From NCBI GenBank assembly GCA_015903995.1, contig JABMDK010000008.1, forward strand, positions 20,975 through 81,389: a stretch of DNA of 60,415 nt. Direction: 5' to 3'. Positions 21,038 to 31,186 of this stretch are shown piece by piece (position 1 is the stretch's first letter; every line of letters begins with the position of its first letter). The stretch is from Nitrospira sp. (lineage in GTDB: Bacteria; Nitrospirota; Nitrospiria; Nitrospirales; Nitrospiraceae). Position numbers and translations under genes: made by a program. Below the pieces are notes generated by a model that ran no database searches, was not told where the DNA came from, and worked only from the letters and a program-made list of their open reading frames with translations.

Positions 21038-21469
21038 ATGCCTCCAACCCTCAAGTCCGTCGTCACCTACTCCCATCACGAGCCTCCTGATGCGTCTCAG
21101 CTCCTTGCGCTGTTCCATCAAGCACCCTGGGCTAAGAGCCGATCTCTTGAAGATGCGAAGGCAATGCTTCTTCATACGGATCTGACCCTCTGTGCGCGGG
21201 ATGGGGAGCGTCTCATCGGGTTCGGTCGAGTCCTCACGGATTTTATCTATCGCGCCACGATCTGGGATGTGATCGTCGACAGGGCTTATCAGGGGCAAGG
21301 CGTAGGAACCGAAATCGTCCAACGCATCCTCAATCATCCACGCCTCGAACGGGTGGAACTTTTTTGGCTTTGTACCAGACGGCCTGGTTTTTATGAAAAA
21401 CTAGGCTTCAGCTCAAAAGAACAGATCGGGATGGTGTGGAGTCGAAGCAAGCATAGCCGGCTTGAGTAG
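21038..21469 (+). CDS. GNAT N-acetyltransferase
   Basis: DVIVDRAYQGQGVG, FYEKLGF. Confidence 0.9.
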   Translation: MPPTLKSVVTYSHHEPPDASQLLALFHQAPWAKSRSLEDAKAMLLHTDLTLCARDGERLIGFGRVLTDFIYRATIWDVIVDRAYQGQGVGTEIVQRILNHPRLERVELFWLCTRRPGFYEKLGFSSKEQIGMVWSRSKHSRLE

Positions 21470-21549
21470 AAAACCAATCGAAATCCGGTCCCACCCCTCC
21501 CGCCATTGCTATAGAAGGGGTGGTCGTTATGCAGGTAAAGGTATCAAGA

Positions 21550-22179
21550 TCAGAAGAACATCTTCCCACCGAAGAGAAACCCAAACGAAGACGCATTCCA
21601 GTCATCGTTCCGACCGCCGGTTCCGGTCGTATGGCCATCGTTTCGTTTGTAGGCCCATTCTGTATTGAGCGCGAACCGGTCATTGAGCTTGTAGTCCGCT
21701 CCCCACCCTAGGCGCCAGGCAAAGGTATTGCTCGGACTGATGCGAACCGCCGTTTCTTCGCCGAAACTGTTCACATTCACACCAAAGCTCATATTCACAT
21801 ACGGGATGATCTGGCCTAATCTGACCGGTCGTATTTCCACAGTCGGCAGCACTGATACGGTATCTTGATGTCCCAGATCCATGTCTGGCTGTTCAACGCT
21901 CACTCCATGACGTTCCCACTCAAGCATCATCCCGACTAAAAGCCAGCTATTGAGGCTATACAGCCCTTGAAAATTGACCAGTGGTCCGATTGATGTCGAG
22001 GTATTTTCAGAGAGCTGCTGAGTCAACGGAGCAAATCCCGCACGAAAACCAAGTACCCATTTTCCTGGTTCGATCCCGCCGAACTCTTCTGCCAGAATCG
22101 GGGCTGGAAGTGTCGATAGACTGGTGAGGACAGTGAGCAGTACTCCGATCAATCGTATCTTGAACGACTGCTTATGCAT
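21550..22179 (-). CDS. Outer-membrane beta-barrel protein (OmpW/OmpA-like)
   Basis: Signal peptide, amphipathic strands, terminal Phe. Confidence 0.75.
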   Translation of the reverse strand: MHKQSFKIRLIGVLLTVLTSLSTLPAPILAEEFGGIEPGKWVLGFRAGFAPLTQQLSENTSTSIGPLVNFQGLYSLNSWLLVGMMLEWERHGVSVEQPDMDLGHQDTVSVLPTVEIRPVRLGQIIPYVNMSFGVNVNSFGEETAVRISPSNTFAWRLGWGADYKLNDRFALNTEWAYKRNDGHTTGTGGRNDDWNASSFGFLFGGKMFF

Positions 22180-22470
22180 GAATCGCCTCCTCTCGTAGGG
22201 TTTCCATAATGAGTGTATTGCGATGATCAGTGCGTTCTGCAGTCATGCGTACAGTCTCGTCGTTCCGATAAAAACAAACCGTATCGGAGATAGAAGAATC
22301 TCTTCTGCCGATGGCCTTCCGAGATGGCGGTCCGGCCACGGCTCAACAGCCGGTAGATTCAGCTCCAAACGCCCAAGCGTTAAAGAAGGAAAATCATCGG
22401 CGGCCAAGACGATTGAGCAGTTCCACCACGGTGGAAAGCATAGCCTTATTTGGACAATGGAGCAAGATAC

Positions 22471-23301
22471 TTAATGGGAATGAACGAGCCGTGCACGCTT
22501 AACGCGTTTTGGCGAAAAGAAGACCGCGATAAAAAATATGGTGGTCGCTAAGAGCACAATGGCCGGCCCAGAGGGTACATCCCACAGAGCGGAAATCAGG
22601 ACGCCTGCTATGGAGGTACATACCCCGATCAGTGCGGAATACAAGGTCAGTGCTGTCAGGCTATGCGTGAGTTGGTAGGCCGTCGAGGCGGGAATCAGGA
22701 TCATGGCAAATACCAAGATAGCCCCGACGGTTTTCAGTGAGACCACAACCGTCAAGGCGACCAGCGTCAGGAGGAGAAAAAACATTTGGCGTGCGGGTAC
22801 GCCTGACGCTTCAGCCATCTCTTGGTCGAAGGCAATAAAATAGAGCTCTTTTGAAAACAGCAGGAGGAGGCCCAATACAAGGACGGTCAACGCGCCGATG
22901 GTGCGTAGTTCCTCAGGAGTGACCGATAGGACACTGCCGAATAGGTATCCGTATACCTCGGCATTGTAAGTTTTCATCAGCCCAATGAAGAGAATGGCCA
23001 GGGCCATTGTCGTGGTGTACAGAATGCCGATCGAGACATCCAGCTTCATCCTGCCGCGTTCTTCGACCCAGCCGGTAACCCAGACCGTCGCAAGGCCGAA
23101 GACAATGGCCAGCAACAAGGGCGGCCAGCCCATCAAGTAGCCGAGCGTCACGCCGGCAAAGGCAGCATGCGACGTCCCTGCGCCGACAAACGCCAGTCCC
23201 CGCAGCACCACAAACACCCCGATAACTGAACAGAGCCCGCCCACCATCGCGGCGGCGAGGAGGGAGCGTTGCATGAAGTCATAGGCGAGGAGGTCAAACA
23301 T
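22471..23301 (-). CDS. Metal ABC transporter permease (ZnuB-like)
   Basis: SHAAFAG, YLFGSVL, FDQEMAEASG. Confidence 0.92.
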   Translation of the reverse strand: MFDLLAYDFMQRSLLAAAMVGGLCSVIGVFVVLRGLAFVGAGTSHAAFAGVTLGYLMGWPPLLLAIVFGLATVWVTGWVEERGRMKLDVSIGILYTTTMALAILFIGLMKTYNAEVYGYLFGSVLSVTPEELRTIGALTVLVLGLLLLFSKELYFIAFDQEMAEASGVPARQMFFLLLTLVALTVVVSLKTVGAILVFAMILIPASTAYQLTHSLTALTLYSALIGVCTSIAGVLISALWDVPSGPAIVLLATTIFFIAVFFSPKRVKRARLVHSH

Positions 23302-23317
23302 AGTCTGAAGTCGGTTC

Positions 23318-24133
23318 CTAGTGGTGATGGTGGTAATCTTCGACGATGACGAGATCTTTCTCTGTAATCACCAGGTCTTTGCCGTACACCTGATGAAGAA
23401 TCTCCGGTTTGAGTACTTCTGCAGGAGGAGCGGCGGCGAAGAGCCTGGTTTTGAGAAGAACCAATCGATCCACCCGTGAACGGATCATATTAATGTCGTG
23501 AGTAATCAAGAGGACGGTCAATTTGAGGTCATCGTGTAGGTGCTGTACGAGCTCGATGACATTGTGTTGAGCCGTAATATCCAGGCCGGTCGTTGGTTCA
23601 TCCAAGATCAGGACCTTGGGTTGCTGGGCCAGGGCCCTGGCGATAAAGACGCGCTGTTGCTGGCCACCGGATAGTTGTCCGAGGGCATGATCCTTGTGAG
23701 AGTCCATTCCGACCTGAGCCAGGGCTTCCAGTGAGATGTCACGATCCTTCCTCCCTGGACGTTTGAACAGGCCCAGCGCTCCGTAACGACCCATCATTAC
23801 TGTTTCGAGGACCGTGACGGGAAAGTTCCGATCGACGACCCCTTTCTGCGGGAGGTAGCCGATTTTGGCGCGATGATAGCAGCGGAGCTCGTCACAGGCG
23901 CAGTCGAAGATATGAAGATGCCCCTCCACCGGAGCGAGAAGCCCCAGCACGGCACGGCACAGCGTTGTTTTGCCTGATCCGTTTGGGCCGATGACCCCGA
24001 CGAACTCACCTTCGTAGATGGTCAGCGAAATGTCTTTGAGCGCGATGAGACCGGGAAACCCGAAGGAGGCATGGTCAAAACGGATGATCGGCTCTCGGAG
24101 ATCTGGCACGGAATCCGGCGCTCCTTCCGGCAC
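23318..24133 (-). CDS. Metal ABC transporter ATPase (ZnuC-like)
   Basis: GPNGSGKT, LSGGQQQR, His tail. Confidence 0.93.
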   Translation of the reverse strand: MPEGAPDSVPDLREPIIRFDHASFGFPGLIALKDISLTIYEGEFVGVIGPNGSGKTTLCRAVLGLLAPVEGHLHIFDCACDELRCYHRAKIGYLPQKGVVDRNFPVTVLETVMMGRYGALGLFKRPGRKDRDISLEALAQVGMDSHKDHALGQLSGGQQQRVFIARALAQQPKVLILDEPTTGLDITAQHNVIELVQHLHDDLKLTVLLITHDINMIRSRVDRLVLLKTRLFAAAPPAEVLKPEILHQVYGKDLVITEKDLVIVEDYHHHH

Positions 24134-24160
24134 TCAAAAAGTAGACCCAAAGAGAGTCTG

Positions 24161-25105
24161 CTAGGCTGCTTCCAACCCCTTGACCAATTGGAGCACATTA
24201 TAGCGAAGCATGTCGAGGTAGGTCTCGGTTCCAGGCAAACCTCCCGGCATGGTCGTCAAGACCACGACGTGGGCCTTGGTTTCCCTTGCCAGGAGCTCCG
24301 GGAGTCGCTGACTGAGTTGAACCTCGGATACGATCACCCTGATATTCTCCCGTCTCATCTTCTGAATGAGAGATTGTAGATGCAAGGCGGATGGCTCTGT
24401 GCCGGACTGCATGTGGATCGTGCCGACAATATCAAGGCCGAATCGTTTCGCCAAATACGGCCAAGCCGGATGATGGGCGATGAAACGTCGGTCGGAGAGC
24501 CGCTGAGTACGCGCGGCCAGCTCCTTTTGTAGCTGATCCAGCCGTTGGAGGTAGCCTGCTTGATTGGTTCGGAATTCAGCCGCATGGCCGGGGTCCACCT
24601 CGATGAGGGCGTCAGTGATGTGGCGCAGCATGATGACAGCATTTTCAGGATCCAGCCAGATATGTGGATTGCCGTCGTGATGCGTCTCTTCATGCGTATC
24701 AGCATCGTCTCGAATCAGCCCTACCCCTTGGGAGGTCGTGATTACACGTAACGATGAGTCTCCCGCGTTCTTCACCAACGATGCAACCCAGACCTCAAGT
24801 CCCATGCCGATCTCCAATAACAGCCTGGCCTTCCGGACTGCGATCAGATCGGTGGGTTTGGGTGAATAGGTATGCTCATTTTCATAGCCACTCAGCAACG
24901 AGGTGACGCGTACATGGGGCCCACCGACTTGTTCTGCCAAGTCCTTCAGAACGGGAATCGTGACCACAATCGGAATCGGGTCGCGAGCCTCCGTCATGGT
25001 ATCAAGGGGGGGGAAGAGGCTGGCGAACAGGGCGAGGAGCAAGAAGACAGACCACGTCCGTCCATGTTTAAAAGCAAACATCGGCGGGGACGGTACCATC
25101 CGCAT
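24161..25105 (-). CDS. Metal ABC substrate-binding protein (ZnuA/TroA-like)
   Basis: EHTYSPKP, NPHIWLDP, His-rich loop. Confidence 0.92.
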   Translation of the reverse strand: MRMVPSPPMFAFKHGRTWSVFLLLALFASLFPPLDTMTEARDPIPIVVTIPVLKDLAEQVGGPHVRVTSLLSGYENEHTYSPKPTDLIAVRKARLLLEIGMGLEVWVASLVKNAGDSSLRVITTSQGVGLIRDDADTHEETHHDGNPHIWLDPENAVIMLRHITDALIEVDPGHAAEFRTNQAGYLQRLDQLQKELAARTQRLSDRRFIAHHPAWPYLAKRFGLDIVGTIHMQSGTEPSALHLQSLIQKMRRENIRVIVSEVQLSQRLPELLARETKAHVVVLTTMPGGLPGTETYLDMLRYNVLQLVKGLEAA

Positions 25106-25247
25106 ATAACCGTGTCAACGACGTCATAAGGGCGGGATCCCTCATAGGCCCTGTCCATTCGCCTCCTTGACCATACAGCAAAGTTCGATTAGCGTAGCAG
25201 ACTCGTGAGCCGCTCAGTATTCGTACGGTCGTGAAAGGATACTGGAA

Positions 25248-26447
25248 ATGAATGTAGTCGGATTGATGTCAGGAACGTCGGCCGACGGAGTCGATGCGGC
25301 GCTGGTCACCATCGCCCGCCAGAAAACCGGTCTCAGGGTCGAGATGATGGCGTTTCATTCGCTGTCTTACCCGCGCTCGCTCCAGCAACGCATTCTCTCG
25401 GCATCGGTGTCAGGAACGGTGACGGATATTTGCCATCTCAATGCGCTCTTAGGTGAATGGTTCGCCGACGCCGCCTTAGGAGTCATTCGGTCGGCTCAAT
25501 GGTCGCCGGAAGACGTCGATCTCATCGGATCTCATGGCCAAACAGTGCATCACCTGCCGCACGGCATCAAAGATGCCGGCGTCGGTGCCATACGGTCGAC
25601 CCTGCAAATAGCCGAGCCGGCCGTCATTGCCGAACGCACCGGAATTACCACGGTGGCTAATTTTCGGCCACGCGATATCGCGGCCGGCGGGCAGGGAGCA
25701 CCGTTGACCCCCGGGGTCCACGCATTACTGTTCCGGCATCCGCGCCGCGCACGGCTGATCGTGAATCTCGGCGGGATCAGCAACGTGACCTATCTTCCTC
25801 AGGGATCAGGCTCTGCGGAACTTGCCGCGTTTGACACGGGCCCGGCCAATATGGTTCTCGATGGGCTTATGTCTCGTATCACGAATGGTCGGGCTTCGAT
25901 GGACCGTGAGGGGCGTTTGGCAAGCAAAGGTCTGGTGGATGCGAGATTACTCGCCAAACTTCTCGCCCATCCGTATCTGTCTCAGGCGCCACCCAAATCG
26001 ACCGGACGCGAGGCGTTCGGCGCGAAGATGCTGGACGAATTACTCAATTGGCAACACACCCGCCGATTATCGGTTGAAGATCTTCTGGCCACCTGTAGCC
26101 GTTGGACTGCCGAAGCGGTCGGGACGGCCAGGCGGTGGATCAAGGGGGGAATCGATGACGTGATTGTGGGAGGGGGCGGGGTCAGGAATCGAGCGATCAT
26201 GGGACATTTAACGGACATCTTTGCGCCAGTGCCGGTCACATCATTTGAGTCGCACGGGTGGGACAGCAAGGCCCTGGAATCGGTGGCGTTTGCCGTCCTG
26301 GCATATCAGACCGTGACGGAACAATGCGGGAACGTGCCGTCGGTTACAGGGGCGGTATCTCCAAGATTATTGGGTTGCATCGTCCCAAGCGGCCCGCAGT
26401 GGTATGAGCGGCTACGATCTCGAAAAGGCGGAAGTAAAAAGACATGA
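25248..26447 (+). CDS. anmK: Anhydro-N-acetylmuramic acid kinase
   Basis: GLMSGTSADGVD, GSHGQT, GGQGAPL, FDTGPAN. Confidence 0.96.
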   Translation: MNVVGLMSGTSADGVDAALVTIARQKTGLRVEMMAFHSLSYPRSLQQRILSASVSGTVTDICHLNALLGEWFADAALGVIRSAQWSPEDVDLIGSHGQTVHHLPHGIKDAGVGAIRSTLQIAEPAVIAERTGITTVANFRPRDIAAGGQGAPLTPGVHALLFRHPRRARLIVNLGGISNVTYLPQGSGSAELAAFDTGPANMVLDGLMSRITNGRASMDREGRLASKGLVDARLLAKLLAHPYLSQAPPKSTGREAFGAKMLDELLNWQHTRRLSVEDLLATCSRWTAEAVGTARRWIKGGIDDVIVGGGGVRNRAIMGHLTDIFAPVPVTSFESHGWDSKALESVAFAVLAYQTVTEQCGNVPSVTGAVSPRLLGCIVPSGPQWYERLRSRKGGSKKT

Positions 26448-26950
26448 AACTTCTTCTGGTCGGTGCGGTCCTCGTAGGGATTATCATGCTGTGGCGTTAT
26501 CTGAAGAAGACCCGACGGAGAAAGAAGCGGACGACGCCGTTTGCCATTCCTTCCGGCGTCACCATCGGGTCTACCCGATTGCTGGAAGAAGAAGAAGTTG
26601 CGTTGTATGGCCTCCTGCAAATGGCTGTCCAAGAACGCTACCTCGTCTTTAGTCAGGTGCCGCTCTGGTCGTTCGTCGAGGTCGAAGCAGAGGCCAAGGT
26701 GCGGTCGGATCTTTTGCGGGAAATGGCACTCAAACGAGTCGATTTTGCCTTGGTCCATCCTGGGTCGTGCCGCGTCGAACATGTCGTGCAGATCGAGCGG
26801 GACCCTTCGTTACCTCATCAGGATGAAGGCCTGTCCGTCATCGAGTCGGTGCTCGACGCAGCGGGGATCAAGCTGACCACGTTGCAGCCCAAGAAAAGCC
26901 ACACGTTGCCCGATCTGACTGCTCGATTGGGGATCACCGCAGAGGAGTGA
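26444..26950 (+). CDS. DUF2726-like protein with N-terminal TM anchor
   Basis: VFSQVPL...KRVDFALV pattern. Confidence 0.7.
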   Translation: MKLLLVGAVLVGIIMLWRYLKKTRRRKKRTTPFAIPSGVTIGSTRLLEEEEVALYGLLQMAVQERYLVFSQVPLWSFVEVEAEAKVRSDLLREMALKRVDFALVHPGSCRVEHVVQIERDPSLPHQDEGLSVIESVLDAAGIKLTTLQPKKSHTLPDLTARLGITAEE

Positions 26951-26986
26951 CGAAAGGCGCGTCACACCAAGCAAGTACGAGGGTTC

Positions 26987-27478
26987 CTACGGCGATGGAT
27001 TCGTCGGGTCTTCGGGACTTGCGGTCGCCTCGATCGCTTTGCGAGCGACTTCTGCCTCCGAGCTATCCGGGTATTGATCCACGACTCGGTCGAACATCAG
27101 TCGTGCCGTCTCATGATCTCCCAGTTTTGTGTATATCTGGCCGAGCTTCAGCGTGGAAGCTGCCAACTTAGGGCTGAGCGGGTAATTGGACACGACCTCA
27201 TAGAACGATCTGAGCGCGTCTCGGTATCGCCCCATCCGATATTGACATTCTCCGATCCAATATTGCGCATTGGCGGCTAAGGCGGATTGGCCATGCAGCT
27301 CGATGAAGAGTTGGAACCCTGCCATGGCTGCTTTGTAGTCGCGGTGCTTAAACTCATCCATGACGCGATCGTAGAGCCGGCGGGTTGTATCCTGCCGTTG
27401 AGTAGGAGCAGCGAGAGACTGATCCACCGAGAAGAACATGAATAGGAGCATGAGAATCCCGACAGATTTCCGGAGCAT
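26987..27478 (-). CDS. TPR protein, YbgF/CpoB-like
   Basis: Signal peptide, ANAQYWIGE, YPDSSEA. Confidence 0.8.
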   Translation of the reverse strand: MLRKSVGILMLLFMFFSVDQSLAAPTQRQDTTRRLYDRVMDEFKHRDYKAAMAGFQLFIELHGQSALAANAQYWIGECQYRMGRYRDALRSFYEVVSNYPLSPKLAASTLKLGQIYTKLGDHETARLMFDRVVDQYPDSSEAEVARKAIEATASPEDPTNPSP

Positions 27479-27523
27479 AGCGGGCCTCCATCCTCACATA
27501 CGGCAGTCGAGGGATGCACTGAC

Positions 27524-27538
27524 GCAATCACTATGCCA
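27524..27538 (-). promoter_or_regulatory. sigma54 promoter
   Basis: Minus strand TGGCAT-AGTGA-TTGC, ~45 bp upstream of the TPR gene. Confidence 0.75.
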
Positions 27539-27745
27539 GAGCCCCAACCATTCACGAACGAGAAACGCTCAAAAAACAGGATTTTACTCGATCACGGACA
27601 TCGTCAGTCTCAAGGGGGACAAGGGGCGTGTAGCTGAAGACACAGATTTGTACAAAGTGGTTCGATTCCATTACTCTGTGAATTCAGGATGATCTTCGCG
27701 TCAAGGCCGTAAGGAACGCAATACACCTTTCTTGAGGAGAACAGT

Positions 27746-28537
27746 GTGAGTGAAGAGGTCATTCCGGCCAACCCCTTGGGTGGACGAACCTTGGTTGTCG
27801 ATCGTGCTGATCGACACTGTTATCCGACTCCAAGTGCCGCGCTGAAAGATGTCGGTGAATCGGACCAGGTCTATGTCCGTCCTGGGATCTATGAAGATAA
27901 GCTTGTGATCTCTCAACGACCGGTGCGACTTGTCGGTGCCGGACGAGATCGCGTTCAGATCTTCTGCCGGCGTAGCGGGCCGTTGTATCTACAAGAGGTC
28001 CCAGAAGGGTGGATTACTGGCATCACATTCCGCTATGTCGGCAGCGATCAACATTCGGCGCTCAATATCCTCAACTCCACATGCATCATCACGCAGTGCC
28101 GAGCGATGGAAGGGATCTTGTCGGGGGTGGTGTTATATGGGCCGGAATGTCGGGTCGCTTTCACCGACAACGACGTATGCCGTAATCGGGAGTCGGGCAT
28201 TTTCGTGTTTGCCGGGGCTCAACCACGGGTGGCCGATAATCGCTGTGTCGAGAATCACCATTTCGGCATCGCGGTCCGAGATCCGGGCAGCCGTCCGGAA
28301 CTGGTGAGGAATCTGTGTGAGGACAATATGCTGAGCGGCATGCTCTTGTTCCAGCACGCCGAAGGGTTGATCGTCGACAATGTGTGCCGGAACAATCAGC
28401 ACTGGGGTATCCTCATGACACCCGATTCGCATCCCAACCCCGTGGCCTCGTCGCTTCCTACGATGAATCGACTCGACCAGAATCTTATCGGTGCCTATTC
28501 AATCTCAGATCAACCGTTGGCTCAGATCGGTCGATGA
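27746..28537 (+). CDS. Right-handed parallel beta-helix protein
   Basis: PGIYE motif, repeated N.C..N...GI units. Confidence 0.8.
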   Translation: MSEEVIPANPLGGRTLVVDRADRHCYPTPSAALKDVGESDQVYVRPGIYEDKLVISQRPVRLVGAGRDRVQIFCRRSGPLYLQEVPEGWITGITFRYVGSDQHSALNILNSTCIITQCRAMEGILSGVVLYGPECRVAFTDNDVCRNRESGIFVFAGAQPRVADNRCVENHHFGIAVRDPGSRPELVRNLCEDNMLSGMLLFQHAEGLIVDNVCRNNQHWGILMTPDSHPNPVASSLPTMNRLDQNLIGAYSISDQPLAQIGR

Positions 28538-28574
28538 AACAGCCGGAACCGGTCGAACGATCCATGATCGTCAA

Positions 28575-29492
28575 CTAAGGGGTGAGCGAAGGCGAATCGT
28601 CGGGAATGTGAAACTGAAAAGAACTTCCCCCCTGTTGTTTGGCCCGATACATGGCGGCATCCGCATGTTTCAAGAGCTCATCGACTTCGTGATCATCGGT
28701 CGGGTAGACGGTAATGCCGATACTGACGCCGATCAATGCTTTGTGTTCTCCAAGGTGGAACGGTTCCGCCACTGACGCGGTGATTCGCTGTGCGACAAGC
28801 GTGATATCCTCTTCGCACGTCAAGCCTTCAAGGATAATCGTGAACTCGTCGCCTCCCATGCGGGCGACCGTGTCGACCTCGCGCACACATTCTTGAAGTC
28901 GCGCAGCGACGGCCTTTAACAGCTGGTCACCGATATTGTGACCCATGGTATCGTTCACCGGCTTGAAGTGATCAAGATCGAGCAGCATGAGACCGAGAGG
29001 CTGTTGGAGTCGCTTGCTGCGCGCCATGGCTTGGATAAGGCGATCACGAAACAAGGTGCGGTTCACGAGGCCCGTCAGCTGATCGTATTGGGCCAAGTAA
29101 GTCAGCCGCTCTTCGGCTCGTTTTCGTTCGATGGCATAACGGATTGAGCGGGCCAACAACTCCGACTGCCCCTGCCCTTTGACGAGATAATCCTGGGCGC
29201 CGTTCTGGACAGCCTGCAACGCGAGCATCTGGTCATCGAGCCCGCTCAGCACGATGATGGCGATCGTCGGGTTCGTAGCCTGCATTTGACGGACGGTTGA
29301 GAGTCCGTAACCGTCCGGGAGCGACAGGTCGAGAAGGACGGCGTCAAACCGCGCGCGGGCCAGGTGGGTCACCGCATCGCTCAGGCGGGTCACATGGATG
29401 ATATCGAATTCTTCCAGGCCCCATTCCCCAAGAATGTCTTGAGTCAGGCGTGCATCGACGTCGTTGTCTTCAACTAATAAAATCTTGATCAT
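28575..29492 (-). CDS. Response-regulator diguanylate cyclase (REC-GGDEF)
   Basis: LLVEDN, DLSLPD, RMGGDEF. Confidence 0.95.
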   Translation of the reverse strand: MIKILLVEDNDVDARLTQDILGEWGLEEFDIIHVTRLSDAVTHLARARFDAVLLDLSLPDGYGLSTVRQMQATNPTIAIIVLSGLDDQMLALQAVQNGAQDYLVKGQGQSELLARSIRYAIERKRAEERLTYLAQYDQLTGLVNRTLFRDRLIQAMARSKRLQQPLGLMLLDLDHFKPVNDTMGHNIGDQLLKAVAARLQECVREVDTVARMGGDEFTIILEGLTCEEDITLVAQRITASVAEPFHLGEHKALIGVSIGITVYPTDDHEVDELLKHADAAMYRAKQQGGSSFQFHIPDDSPSLTP

Positions 29493-29900
29493 TGAGCTCT
29501 GGGCCCGCGCGTTCTCTCGAGGTCTCTCTTAGCGATTACGCACCCACAATAATAAGTATAGCGTAAGACCCTGAATCAACAAGCGATTCCAGGAAGTGCC
29601 GATATGCACGAGCCGTCCCCAATAGCGTGTGCAACGCCATGGCCCGCAGGTTGGTTGATGTAAGATACGTACAGGAGTGAATAACGCGGGGATGTTATGG
29701 GGAAAGGCGTACCGCCTACCGGAGAATTCTTTTACCTGTCGATATAGATGGGTAGCTATTGAGGTCTAACAGAGGTGCTGCTATCAAGGCAGGCACGCTT
29801 GCAGATGAGATATTCACCGGTAAGCGAAAAGGAGATAGGTGAAATCGTATCGGGGGCAGCCCCACTCTCGTGTCGGTACTGAGACTGGGTTCACTCGTTC

Positions 29901-30166
29901 TTAGCAAGGATGTGGGAAAAGGCCGCCAGCGTCGTTCCCTGCCTCGCCGAAGCGCGTCGCGCAGGCAGGTCGCCTCGCTCAGAGGCTCAACGTACGGTCT
30001 GGGCAAACGCCTGTTCATACAGGCGATGGGAGGGCGGGTGAAATCAGTCTACGATTCGCCTCTTCGATCGCAGCGGCTTTGCTGGACGGTCTTTTTGCGC
30101 ATCCTGCATGCCCCAATATCCGTGACAGCAACAGAGGTCGAAATAAGTTTTTCCGCAGCCTGTTAG
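29901..30166. mobile_element. MITE family B, copy 2, with nested inserts
   Basis: TTAG-flanked; shared core; ends TTTTCCGCAGCCTG. Confidence 0.8.
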
Positions 30167-30207
30167 TTAGGGGAGAACGAATAGATGGAAATGTTCGAAG
30201 GACTCAA

Positions 30208-30549
30208 TCATGAGCCCCGATAAAGGATAGGGAGATTGCTCGGATACGTTCCAATAGGGCCTTGTTCTGGGCCGATCGCCGCCTCACAGGCATATCCCGC
30301 TTCAAAGGGCCAGAGTAACGAACGGCCGGCGGTGGTACCACGGATATGAATGTATCGCAATGTGACACCCATACGAGCGGCGTCGTCCTTCACCTTCTCA
30401 GTGCATTCACCCGGTGAATAACCTCGGCGTGAAATCAAGAGCGGCTCACCCGATGCGCTGAGAACGGAGAATTCGCTTGCACATCCTGTGACTGAGAGTA
30501 ACACACACAGAATGCCTGCAAGTCGACTGAGCATTCTTCTTCGACTCAT
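30208..30549 (-). CDS. Putative lipoprotein
   Basis: Lipobox-like VTGC after a hydrophobic stretch. Confidence 0.65.
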   Translation of the reverse strand: MSRRRMLSRLAGILCVLLSVTGCASEFSVLSASGEPLLISRRGYSPGECTEKVKDDAARMGVTLRYIHIRGTTAGRSLLWPFEAGYACEAAIGPEQGPIGTYPSNLPILYRGS

Positions 30550-30709
30550 TGGAATTGCCCCCTCCCATTCAGCGGGTGTGCCTCCGTGCGCACCGGTGGA
30601 AACACTCCGAACCATAACACGAACCACCTCGCTCAATCGACTGACAATACATCGCGCGTGAACAATTCAAGCGAAAGTGAACGAGTACAGCCTTCGAACA
30701 CTGACCGAG

Positions 30710-30907
30710 CTAGACCGGCTTCTCTGCGACGTACTCAATGTACTTCCAGAACTCTTTTGCTTCGTCCTCGTTCAGGACCACCGGAATATTATTGGCGGCT
30801 CCTGTCATAAAGACCTTCACCGACACCGTATCATGCCAGATCTGCACCTCGCAGTGTGAGACAAGATCCAGGTTCAGCGCACGGTTTCCGATTCGGACAA
30901 AGTGCAT
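30710..30907 (-). CDS. Small hypothetical protein
   Basis: 65 aa, GAGGA RBS, beta-rich. Confidence 0.6.
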   Translation of the reverse strand: MHFVRIGNRALNLDLVSHCEVQIWHDTVSVKVFMTGAANNIPVVLNEDEAKEFWKYIEYVAEKPV

Positions 30908-31108
30908 AACGTTTCCTCTTTCCCGTGGTCCATGACCGGGTGATCATACACCAAGTTTCCACGCCCCAAAAGCAACGTAGAGTTTTATAGCGGCAACCGT
31001 GCCTCGCGCGCCCTACAGAACTTGCCGCTCTCTCGGCAAGAATTTCCCTCCAGCCATGGCGTTATCCAAACTCTGCAGCAATACCTGGCAATTTATCGCA
31101 TCTCTTTC

Positions 31109-31123
31109 TGGCACGGAAATTGA
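31109..31123 (+). promoter_or_regulatory. Candidate sigma54 promoter of the ZorAB-like pair
   Basis: TGGCAC-GGAAA-TTGA (one mismatch at -12), ~60 bp upstream of the ATG. Confidence 0.55.
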
Positions 31124-31186
31124 GGGGGATCACTGAGTTTTGCTGTGGCTGAGAATGACGCGTAGGCCCTCAGTGAGGTTTGCCTG

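Noticed and set aside
29716-30166. ORFs with YVEPLS / SLRGSTY peptides (also near 4055 and 52027)
   Set aside because: Translations of MITE family B
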